Shown here in pieces: positions 9,156-16,918 of a stretch of 44,077 nucleotides of DNA; within the stretch, counting starts at the first letter, position 1, and every line of letters begins with the position of its first letter. The notes beneath the pieces are model-generated. The model was given only the letters and a program-made list of their open reading frames with translations, had not been told where the DNA came from and ran no database searches. The position numbers and the translations under genes were made by a program. Source of the DNA: a virus (taxonomy: Duplodnaviria > Heunggongvirae > Uroviricota > Caudoviricetes); IMG/VR virus record IMGVR_UViG_2537561936_000014, positions 1 to 44,077 of that record. The stretch is one strand, 5' to 3'.

Positions 9156-9902
9156 ATGAAAAATATCGCGGCAGGTGGTGTTCTTGAGCGTATCCGTAAG
9201 CTGACCCCGCAGCATGTAATCGCGCCGTACCGGACAGTGGACGAGTGGCGCGAGTGGCAACTGGCAGAAGGGCGAAAACGTAGCGAGGAGATCAACCGCC
9301 AGAATCGCCAGTTGCGGGTGGAAAAAATCCTGAATCGTTCGGGCATCCAGCCTCTGCACAGCAAATGCTCGTTTGCGAATTATCAGGTGCAGAATGACGG
9401 GCAAAAACACGCGCTGAGCCAGGCAAAATCCATCGCTGACGAACTGATGACCGGGTGCACGAATTTTGTGTTCAGCGGTAAGCCGGGTACCGGAAAGAAC
9501 CACCTTGCAGCCGCCATTGGCAATCATCTTCTGGCGAAAGGTCGCAGCGTGATTGTGATAACGGTGGCTGATGTGATGCTGGCGTTACACAACAGCTACG
9601 ACAACAAAAACTCAGGCGAAAAATTTTTACAGGGGTTGTGTGATGTTGACCTGCTTGTCCTGGATGAAATCGGAATGCAGCGGGATACGCGCAACGAGCA
9701 GGTCACACTGAACCAGATAGTCGACCGCAGAACGGCTTCGATGCGTAGTGTCGGAATGCTGACGAATCTGAACCACGTAGCGATGAGTACGCTTCTTGGC
9801 GAGCGTGTAATGGACCGCATGGTCATGAACGGTGGTCGCTGGGTGAATTTTAACTGGGAGAGCTGGCGTTCGAATGTCAGACACCTGAGGGTTGTGAAGT
9901 AA
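9156..9902 (+). CDS. DnaC-like helicase loader (IstB-like AAA+ ATPase)
   Basis: Walker A FSGKPGTGKNHLAAAIG and Walker B DLLVLDEIG; 248 aa; typical DnaC-family length. Confidence 0.85.
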   Translation: MKNIAAGGVLERIRKLTPQHVIAPYRTVDEWREWQLAEGRKRSEEINRQNRQLRVEKILNRSGIQPLHSKCSFANYQVQNDGQKHALSQAKSIADELMTGCTNFVFSGKPGTGKNHLAAAIGNHLLAKGRSVIVITVADVMLALHNSYDNKNSGEKFLQGLCDVDLLVLDEIGMQRDTRNEQVTLNQIVDRRTASMRSVGMLTNLNHVAMSTLLGERVMDRMVMNGGRWVNFNWESWRSNVRHLRVVK

Positions 9903-9916
9903 TTTCAGGAGGACTT

Positions 9917-10312
9917 GTGGCAAAAGTATATTCACCCGAACAGAGGGAGGAGCTGAAGGCTCGAATCATCGCTCTGGTGCGCAAAAATGAACGCATGACG
10001 ATGTCGCAGCTGGAGAGAGCGACTGGGGCAGGCTGGCATTCGGTCCGACGCTGCCTTGTGGATGTGCTGGCTTGTGGCGATTTATACATGTCCGGGGAAT
10101 ACGGTGTTTTTGCATCAGAGCAGGCGTATCGCGTATGGCGTAAGACACCGGAGAAAAGAACCGACCTGACACTGATTCGAAAGTTACCAGACGGAGAAAT
10201 ACGCCGCTACGACAGGAGCCAGAACATAATCTGTCGCGAGTGCCGGAAGAGTGAGGTTATGCAGCGAGTGCTGGCGTTTTATCAGGGTAATTTTCAGGAG
10301 GTGATGGCGTGA
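9917..10312 (+). CDS. Hypothetical protein (possible winged-helix DNA-binding N-terminus)
   Basis: 131-aa ORF, GTG start after AGGAGG; CxxC (ICRECRK) near the C-terminus. Confidence 0.45.
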   Translation: MAKVYSPEQREELKARIIALVRKNERMTMSQLERATGAGWHSVRRCLVDVLACGDLYMSGEYGVFASEQAYRVWRKTPEKRTDLTLIRKLPDGEIRRYDRSQNIICRECRKSEVMQRVLAFYQGNFQEVMA

Positions 10313-10659
10313 GGGTGAGAGTCTATATCGCCGGTCCAATGACCGGGTATAAAAATTTCAACCGTGAGGCGTTCCACAATGCGGAAGAGGAACTGAAACG
10401 GGAAGGGCATACCGTCTTAAACCCGGCAGTACTTCCGGACGGGCTGACACAGCCGCAGTACATGGATATCTGCATGGCAATGATACGTAGCGTGGATGCG
10501 ATTTATATGCTGAAAGACTGGCAACGGTCAGCTGGCGCTAAAGCGGAACTGGCTCTGGCGGAGAAACTGGGGCATGTGGTTATTTTTCAGAGGGGGGCGA
10601 TATGCCGATTCTCTGGTTTCAGGAGGTGTGGGAAAAAGAAATGTGGGAAGGTCTTGTGA
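10309..10659 (+). CDS. DUF4406-like protein (nucleoside 2-deoxyribosyltransferase-like fold)
   Basis: N-terminus VYIAGPMTGYKNFNREAFHNAEEEL...GHTVLNPA fits the DUF4406 pattern as I recall it; GTGA overlap with the upstream gene; C-terminal basic tail may be read-through. Confidence 0.55.
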   Translation: MRVRVYIAGPMTGYKNFNREAFHNAEEELKREGHTVLNPAVLPDGLTQPQYMDICMAMIRSVDAIYMLKDWQRSAGAKAELALAEKLGHVVIFQRGAICRFSGFRRCGKKKCGKVL

Positions 10660-10754
10660 TTGTGGCCGAAACAGTTCTTTTATTATGGTCTGTGATTGCG
10701 TGTATTTTTATGATTTATTGTGAATGGTGTGAATCTCGCGGTGGCCACTGAATT

Positions 10755-10797
10755 GCAACCATTACCCCCTGTGATGTAACTGTGGGGTAATGGTTGC
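10755..10797. repeat. Perfect 14-bp inverted repeat with 15-nt spacer
   Basis: gcaaccattacccc (10755-10768) and its exact reverse complement ggggtaatggttgc (10784-10797); no T-run follows. Confidence 0.8.
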
Positions 10798-10829
10798 GCA
10801 GGCATAGCGATAGGACTGGATGAGAAAAT

Positions 10830-11252
10830 ATGACGAAATTTACCAGAGAGCAATTGATTGCTCATGCTAATGAAAGTGTGAAATCCATGGAATTTGCTGC
10901 GCGACAGGCCGCGTTTAAGACTTCAAGAGTTGCCATTGATATGGATCTTGAGCTTGCCCGTATTGCGCTTGCCTCACTTGAAGCAATGCCAGTTGCATGG
11001 TCCTGTGCCCACAATATGGTTTTGTTCAATGCTGAATCTGTTGCGGCATACGCAAAACACTCAGCCATTGCGCCAAAACCCCTGTACGCTGCGCAACCGG
11101 CATCACTTTCACATGAGGAAGAGTTGACAATGCTGGTTAAACAATTGGTAAGTCAGTTGAAAAAAGCGAAACCAGATTGCAAATTACCGGATATGGCGAT
11201 GGAGTATCTGGAGCGGAATGGGCTGATAAGCGCGGAGGATGTTTTACGATGA
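10830..11252 (+). CDS. Hypothetical phage protein
   Basis: 140-aa ORF with GGA-rich RBS; no recognisable motif. Confidence 0.45.
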   Translation: MTKFTREQLIAHANESVKSMEFAARQAAFKTSRVAIDMDLELARIALASLEAMPVAWSCAHNMVLFNAESVAAYAKHSAIAPKPLYAAQPASLSHEEELTMLVKQLVSQLKKAKPDCKLPDMAMEYLERNGLISAEDVLR

Positions 11253-11542
11253 CCTGGCCGGAGGCATTCACAACGACAGGAATTGCAATGGCGTCGGCAC
11301 TTGTTGTGTATTCGGTTTGCAGATGGGGATAAAAACGGTTTGCGGGGAAATCTTAGTTAAGTAGAATGACTGCGGGTGCTTGAGGCTATCTGTCTCAGGC
11401 ATGAACACCAAAGGCAGATAGAGAAAAGCCCCAGTTAACATTACGCGTCCTGCAAGACGCTTAACATTAATCTGAGGCCCAATCTATGTCTCACAAATGT
11501 AGGTTAGCCTCTTACGTGCCGAAAGGCAAGGAGAAGCAGGCT

Positions 11543-11698
11543 ATGAAGCAGCAAAAGGCGATGTTAATCGCCCTTATCGTCATCTGTTTAACCGTCATAG
11601 TGACGGCACTGGTAACGAGGAAAGACCTCTGCGAGGTACGAATCCGAACCGGCCAGACGGAGGTCGCTGTCTTCACAGCTTACGAACCTGAGGAGTAA
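11543..11698 (+). CDS. hok: Hok/Gef-family type I toxin (HokD/RelF-like), nested in a 70-codon in-frame mok-like ORF from 11486
   Basis: 51-aa product MKQQKAMLIALIVICLTVIVTALVTRKDLCEVRIRTGQTEVAVFTAYEPEE has the Hok/Gef single-TM and conserved Cys pattern; upstream in-frame extension from 11486 resembles the mok arrangement; terminator follows. Confidence 0.85.
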   Translation: MKQQKAMLIALIVICLTVIVTALVTRKDLCEVRIRTGQTEVAVFTAYEPEE

Positions 11699-11767
11699 GA
11701 GACCAGGCGAGGGAGAAATCCCTCGCCACCTCTCATGTGTCAGGCATCCTCAACGCACCCGCACTAA

Positions 11768-11788
11768 ACCCGCTTCGGCGGGTTTTTT
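11768..11788 (+). terminator. Rho-independent terminator after hok
   Basis: acccgc-ttcg-gcgggt hairpin followed by TTTTTT. Confidence 0.7.
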
Positions 11789-11978
11789 GTTGTTTATTTT
11801 CAGTGAGCATGATGCATCTGGTTGTACTGATGTGGCTGGCTGATTCTGTTATTCAGGTGGCTTATTGCTGTTGATCGGTATGTCTTCACGGCTAGAATCG
11901 AGGCTCTTAAGTAGCGCGCAGGGAGAAGAGGGATGGACCCCGAAGGGGAAGAGCTATTTATCTGGAAGGATTCTGAAG

Positions 11979-12152
11979 ATGAAAATCGAAGAATTGCGTG
12001 AAATTTTTAGTGAAAATGGCCTCTATGCTGTGCGCGTTGAGAATGGGAAAGTTGTCTACACAACGTTAATCCCTGGTGATCATGTAATTTTATCTATCGA
12101 GGCATTCATTGAATACCTTGAAAGGCTCGGTTTCAAGGTGGTTCGCGAATGA
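11979..12152 (+). CDS. Hypothetical small protein (57 aa)
   Basis: ATG at 11979 preceded by GGAAGGA; longer ORF from 11865 lacks an RBS. Confidence 0.4.
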   Translation: MKIEELREIFSENGLYAVRVENGKVVYTTLIPGDHVILSIEAFIEYLERLGFKVVRE

Positions 12153-12211
12153 GTTATAATTCGTAAGCCAGCCTGAACAACTGGCAACCTACAGCGCCAT
12201 TGGAGACAGCA

Positions 12212-12811
12212 ATGTCGCATATACAACTGGTCAAACAAACCTCTTCTGGATTACTTCTCCCGGCGACGCCGGAGAGTTGCGATTTTTTGCATCAAATCAA
12301 AATAGGTGAGTGGATACACGCGGACTTTAAGCGAGTGCGTAACTACGCGTTCCACAAGCGTTTTTTCAAACTCCTGCAACTGGGATTCGATTACTGGACT
12401 CCGGTCGGTGGGGCGATCACGCCTCGAGAACGAGAACTGGTGTCCGGTTTCGTTGAGTATCTGTGCGAATCAGTTGGTCGGGAACACACTCCAGCCCTGA
12501 GTGATGCCACAGAGCAATACCTTAATACAGTTGCGACATGCAGAACCCGGGATACGGCATTGCTAAAGTCGTTTGACGCTTTCCGCGAGTGGGTAACCAT
12601 TCAGGCCGGATTTTACACCGAGCATATTTATCCTGATGGTAGTCGTGGGCCCAGGGCAAAATCTATCGCATTTGCGAACATGGACGAAACCGAGTTTCAG
12701 CAGGTTTATAAATCTGTACTGAATGTGCTGTGGAACTGGATCCTGTTCCGTAAATTTTCCTCTCCGGAGGAAGTCGAAAATGTGGCCGCGCAGTTACTGG
12801 AGTTTGCGTAA
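12212..12811 (+). CDS. Nin-region phage protein, possibly DUF1367 family
   Basis: 199-aa ORF from ATG 12212 after GGAG; lies upstream of the DUF1364 gene and Q, as in lambdoid nin regions; family name is tentative. Confidence 0.45.
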   Translation: MSHIQLVKQTSSGLLLPATPESCDFLHQIKIGEWIHADFKRVRNYAFHKRFFKLLQLGFDYWTPVGGAITPRERELVSGFVEYLCESVGREHTPALSDATEQYLNTVATCRTRDTALLKSFDAFREWVTIQAGFYTEHIYPDGSRGPRAKSIAFANMDETEFQQVYKSVLNVLWNWILFRKFSSPEEVENVAAQLLEFA

Positions 12812-13101
12812 TGGTGGATTTACGTAAAGCGGCGCGGGGGCAGATGTGCACCGTCAGAATTCCTGGCTACTGCAATCACAATCCCGAAACTTCTGTGCTG
12901 GCGCATTACAGGCTGGCGGGGACGTGTGGAACAGCGACAAAACCACACGATATGCAGGGGGCAATTGCCTGTAGCTCATGCCACGATTTAATCGACGGGC
13001 GGGTAAAAACCAGCGATTACACCAAAGAAGAATTGCGCCTGATGCATGCAGAAGGTGTTTTTCGCACACAAGAAATCTGGAGAAAGGAAGGTTATTTATG
13101 A
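12811..13101 (+). CDS. DUF1364-family protein (YbcO-like putative nuclease)
   Basis: 96 aa; Cys-rich pattern CTVRIPGYCNHNPETSVLAHYR...ACSSCHDLIDGR typical of DUF1364/YbcO-like proteins; directly upstream of Q. Confidence 0.65.
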   Translation: MVDLRKAARGQMCTVRIPGYCNHNPETSVLAHYRLAGTCGTATKPHDMQGAIACSSCHDLIDGRVKTSDYTKEELRLMHAEGVFRTQEIWRKEGYL

Positions 13102-13640
13102 TTTACCCAACAAATACAGGAAAAAGCGGGGAACACCTTCGTCTCACCACGCTGGAAAGAGTCTGGATTCAGGGAAAACTGCGCATGTGGGGGCGCTGGT
13201 CGTATATTGGCGGCGGTAAGATGGGAAATATGTTCAACCAGTTGCTGACCTCTAAAAAGCTGACAAAAACGGCAATTAACGAGGCGCTCCGGAGGATGAA
13301 AAAAGCAGGTCTGGACAAACCTGAACTTGAGGCTTTTTTGCGGGATATGATCAACGGTAAGCAAAAAAGCTGGCTGGTGCATTGTAATGATGCAGAGGCG
13401 TTATGCATTGATCGTGTGATTAGTGAAGTACTGGCAGAACACCCAGGATTGATTTTTATCCTCCGACAAAGATATGAAGGGCGGGGGATGAGTAAGCTGA
13501 AAATGGCACAACAGTTAAATAAGTATCGCCCTGGCTGGAGCTTGAAAACTTGCAGAAATCGCATTGATGCATGGTTGGGTGTTGCTGAACACATTCTGTA
13601 TATACCAATGAAATTAGCGTTATGCGGAGAAAGCCAATAA
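13098..13640 (+). CDS. Late-gene antiterminator Q-like protein
   Basis: 180-aa ORF from ATG 13098 (ATGA overlap with upstream stop); last gene before a promoter/terminator-rich noncoding stretch and the lysis genes. Confidence 0.7.
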   Translation: MIYPTNTGKSGEHLRLTTLERVWIQGKLRMWGRWSYIGGGKMGNMFNQLLTSKKLTKTAINEALRRMKKAGLDKPELEAFLRDMINGKQKSWLVHCNDAEALCIDRVISEVLAEHPGLIFILRQRYEGRGMSKLKMAQQLNKYRPGWSLKTCRNRIDAWLGVAEHILYIPMKLALCGESQ

Positions 13641-13737
13641 AAAAGTTATTGCATTTTTGCCAATAAACTGCTTCAATTTTGCTACGCTTCGCAAAGCTGT
13701 ATCGCGAGGCGAATCAAGCGCATGAACTTTACCAGAC

Positions 13738-13760
13738 CCCGCCATTGAGCGGGTTTTGTT
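13738..13760 (+). terminator. Rho-independent terminator, candidate tR'
   Basis: cccgc-cattga-gcggg hairpin followed by TTTTGTTGTTT, about 100 nt downstream of the Q stop. Confidence 0.55.
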
Positions 13761-14010
13761 GTTTCTATGGTGTGATATAAGAAACGACATTTAATAATTG
13801 CCTTCAAAATAAATTTGTTTATATATTGTTGTGTATGTTTTAAGTGAAAGTTAAATGTTTGCATAAAATAAAAACACATAAATAAATTTACATAACTTGA
13901 CGTAAAGTGTTGTTGCGATTGGAATATTAAATCGTATCATCGAAAACGGTTCTGAGGGGGGGGGAGGAACTCTTCTTTGCTCGGTGATATCGCTCCCCTG
14001 AAGAACCAAT

Positions 14011-14086
<76 letters not shown>

Positions 14087-14089
14087 TAT

Positions 14090-14164
<75 letters not shown>

Positions 14165-14530
14165 GCATTTGAAACAAGCCTTATTGTATTGCGGCACTGG
14201 CGTATTTTTTATTACGTGGGGGCAGGTTGTTTTGAAAAAGCATTCTGTTCTCTGGCTATGATTTGAGGCCAGGTGTAGCCTCAGTGCTGATTTTTTTACG
14301 ACAGCAGAATGGTGCATTATCGGTGGAGATTTTGTATTTCCTGGCAGGGTAGGTGATGCATCATTCTGGTGTTGTAAATCGCACCAAAGAGGCGCACCTC
14401 AGTGCGAGGGTGGTTTAAAGAGTCGGTTTAGCGGGAAACCACAGTATCCATACAGCACGGAATACTTCGGGAGACACCCGACGCCTCGGTTTAATAACAA
14501 TTAAAAAAAATCATCCCTTGCATTGACCAA

Positions 14531-14554
14531 CCGCCATATCTGGCGGTTTTTTTT
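14531..14554 (+). terminator. Rho-independent terminator
   Basis: ccgcca-tatc-tggcgg hairpin followed by eight T. Confidence 0.7.
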
Positions 14555-14881
14555 ATTCCTTTCTCAGGACGAAAAAAGACACGAGCATCCAGGAATACTC
14601 GTGGGACAACGTCCTTTGGATAGCAATTTGCGAGAGGGTGAAAAGTAGCGCGGTCGTCGGATTAAGACCGCGGGACAAAGTCCATGAAGAATAATAAGTA
14701 TTGGCCCCCTTCCGGGGACATGTTCATACTACCAAGATTCAGAAGTGGTTTAAATCCTCAAATTAACCTTAATTTCCGATAAGTCTTATTTCATTTCTTT
14801 GCGCCACATCTGGAGCTCATCAAATAACGCCACGCAAAGGGCGTCTGCGGATGCCGGTGCTTTTGACGGGGTGTTTTTTAC

Positions 14882-14904
14882 GGGCCGCTGGTGGCCCTTT
14901 TTTT
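14882..14904 (+). terminator. Hairpin plus T-run immediately upstream of the holin gene
   Basis: gggcc-gctggt-ggccc followed by TTTTTTT, about 20 nt before the holin ATG. Confidence 0.55.
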
Positions 14905-14923
14905 ATTTACAGGAGAAAAAAGT

Positions 14924-15316
14924 ATGTCTGAACCCTTATCCGGTTCCGGCACGGCTGCGGCGCTCGGCGGGGCGACGGTGTACGGGCTGTTTACCGGGAC
15001 GGATTTCGGGATTGTGTTTGGTGCGTTCGCCGGGGCGTTATTTGTGGCAACGATGCCGCAGGCGCTTTCAGCCTGGCGTGTGGCGGCGCATTTTCTGGTG
15101 TCGTTCATTATCGGCGTGCTGGGGGCAGAGGTTCTGGCGTCCTGGCTGGTAAAGCATACAGGGTTTGACGGTGCACCTGTCGACGCACTGTGTGCAGTGC
15201 TGGTGTCAGTGGTGTCGGTGAAGATTCTGTCGTTCATCCACCAGCAGGATATTGCATCACTGGTGTCCGGTGTGTTCTCCCGCCTGCGGGGCGGAGGAGG
15301 CGGCAATGTTAAGTAA
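14924..15316 (+). CDS. Putative holin (multi-TM membrane protein)
   Basis: ATG 14924 after AGGAGAAAAAAGT; 130 aa with several Gly/Ala-rich hydrophobic segments and charged C-terminus; first gene of the lysis cluster. Confidence 0.6.
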   Translation: MSEPLSGSGTAAALGGATVYGLFTGTDFGIVFGAFAGALFVATMPQALSAWRVAAHFLVSFIIGVLGAEVLASWLVKHTGFDGAPVDALCAVLVSVVSVKILSFIHQQDIASLVSGVFSRLRGGGGGNVK

Positions 15317-15581
15317 CCTTCCCGGATTGCTGAATGTGGCGTTATGCACGGTTATCGTGCTGACGCTCTTTTTTTATCGTCGTCGTGACTCCAGACACAA
15401 ACCGCTGATGTCATGGCTGGCCTGGCTGCTGATGCTGCTGTATGCCTTTACGCCCCTCAGCTATCTGTGTGGTCGCCCGTTAGCGGCGAACTGGCTGGCG
15501 GTGGGGCTTAATCTGCTGTTCTGCGTGCTGGTGATACGTGCACGCGGGAACGTTTCAAAAATCCTTTCATTCCGGAGGTGA
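15306..15581 (+). CDS. Small multi-TM membrane protein (holin partner or antiholin-like)
   Basis: ATG 15306 after GGAGGAGG; 91 aa with about three hydrophobic segments; overlaps the holin stop. Confidence 0.5.
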   Translation: MLSNLPGLLNVALCTVIVLTLFFYRRRDSRHKPLMSWLAWLLMLLYAFTPLSYLCGRPLAANWLAVGLNLLFCVLVIRARGNVSKILSFRR

Positions 15582-15583
15582 GC

Positions 15584-15961
15584 ATGTCGGGTAAATTCAG
15601 ATTCAGTCGTCGCAGTGAAAAAAATCTGGGGGGCGTCAAACCACAGCTGGTTGCTGTCGTTCGCCGTGCCCTTGAGCTGACGGAGGTTGATTTCGGTATT
15701 ACGGAAGGCCTGCGCAGCAAGTATCGCCAGAAACAGCTGGTTGCAGAAGGTAAGAGCCAGACCATGAACAGCCGCCACCTGACCGGTGATGCGGTGGATG
15801 TTGTGGCCTACGTTGGCAGCCAGGTGTCATGGGACTGGCCTCTGTACGAGAAAATCGCACAGGCATTTAAGCAGGCTGCCGCAGAGCTGGGAGTCGCCAT
15901 CGAATGGGGCGGGGACTGGAAAACGCTGAAGGACGGGCCGCACTTCCAATTGAAACGCTGA
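15584..15961 (+). CDS. Endolysin, peptidase M15 family (L-alanyl-D-glutamate peptidase-like)
   Basis: ATG 15584 after GGAGG; motifs SRHLTGDAVDV ... WGGDW ... DGPHFQL characteristic of M15 endolysins. Confidence 0.85.
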   Translation: MSGKFRFSRRSEKNLGGVKPQLVAVVRRALELTEVDFGITEGLRSKYRQKQLVAEGKSQTMNSRHLTGDAVDVVAYVGSQVSWDWPLYEKIAQAFKQAAAELGVAIEWGGDWKTLKDGPHFQLKR

Positions 15962-15975
15962 TAGCCGGGTGAGTT

Positions 15976-16158
15976 ATGAGTCGAAAGCACTGGACACACA
16001 GAACGCCGCGAACTGCGGCGAAATGGGCACTGGTAGCGATACTGGTGCCTTTTTTATTGGTGGGATGCGTCAGCCTGGATAAGGCGCGCCAGCTTTTCGA
16101 TACGGCTTCTCAGGTCTGTGAAATTGTCGACGGTGTTCGGCAGTGCCTGCAGAACTGA
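15976..16158 (+). CDS. Small lipoprotein, possible o-spanin-like lysis accessory protein
   Basis: Signal peptide with lipobox LLVGC (WALVAILVPFLLVG-C); mature part about 30 aa with three Cys; follows the endolysin. Confidence 0.5.
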   Translation: MSRKHWTHRTPRTAAKWALVAILVPFLLVGCVSLDKARQLFDTASQVCEIVDGVRQCLQN

Positions 16159-16284
16159 TCTCCTGTAAGGGCAGAATATTTCGCTGAAAAATGAAAGGGC
16201 GCCATTGTCCAAGAGGCATGAAATTCTGTTATCTAATCTGGTTGATATATGAATGTGGGGGATGCTCTTCTCCCCCACTGAAGG

Positions 16285-16497
16285 TTAGCCTACCTTACGG
16301 TATGGATACACATTTTTAATGAATTGGTGAAAATACTGGCCTTTTGAACTGGCATTCATAAGACCCTGATAGATCCTGGATGGAACACCAGAGTATTGAT
16401 AGATACCTCCATTGTGAAAGGCTATTTCCAGTGTGAGAGTTGCTGAATCATACCCAACTGACTGGAGATTTGATGATGAAACATAATTACGAATCAA
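16285..16497 (-). CDS. KTSC-domain protein
   Basis: 70 aa; SSNLQSVGYD...LEIAFHNGGIYQYSGVP...Y pattern matches the KTSC domain as I recall it. Confidence 0.65.
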   Translation of the reverse strand: MIRNYVSSSNLQSVGYDSATLTLEIAFHNGGIYQYSGVPSRIYQGLMNASSKGQYFHQFIKNVYPYRKVG

Positions 16498-16652
16498 AAC
16501 AATATCCTCATATTGCGGGGAAAAGTCCCAATGAAATTATTGATATATTTCGGCGTTATAACTTTGTCGATGATCATGGTCATCGTCTTGAAATGTGCCA
16601 GGACTTCATTGACTTAGTTAATGCGAAATCACAACAACATCAGGATGGTTAG
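16473..16652 (+). CDS. Hypothetical small protein
   Basis: ATG at 16473 with GGAG about 7 nt upstream; start overlaps the divergent KTSC gene start, so one of the two start assignments may be wrong. Confidence 0.3.
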   Translation: MMKHNYESKQYPHIAGKSPNEIIDIFRRYNFVDDHGHRLEMCQDFIDLVNAKSQQHQDG

Positions 16653-16918
16653 GCATTACAGCAGCTCTTCTGTGAGGGGCTGCGATAATGCCAAAGCTCG
16701 TCATCGGCACCCGCCGCGCACCCAGCGCACTGGCCGATAGCGGGCTTTTTTATTCATAAAGCGAGGCTGTATGAGCGAGAAATTTTTATGCGTCCATCCG
16801 TAAGGGCAGAGCGAAAGGTGAAGCCGAGCTACGGGCGGCATTGTTTAAGCTTGCCAGAAAAGGGGATGCCTTTGCCCTGCGCGAACTACTCAGGGTGGAT
16901 AAAAATCAGGACTAACTG

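Noticed and set aside
14165..14530. Third tRNA or tRNA pseudogene downstream of tRNA-Gly
   Set aside because: No acceptor-stem/T-loop (GTTCGA) combination could be folded by hand in this stretch; only generic hairpins were found.
14799..15306. ORFs 14799..15152 (+) and 14878..15306 (-) overlapping the holin gene
   Set aside because: They are alternative frames across the Gly/Ala-rich holin coding sequence; the holin frame has the RBS, hydrophobic segments and operon context.
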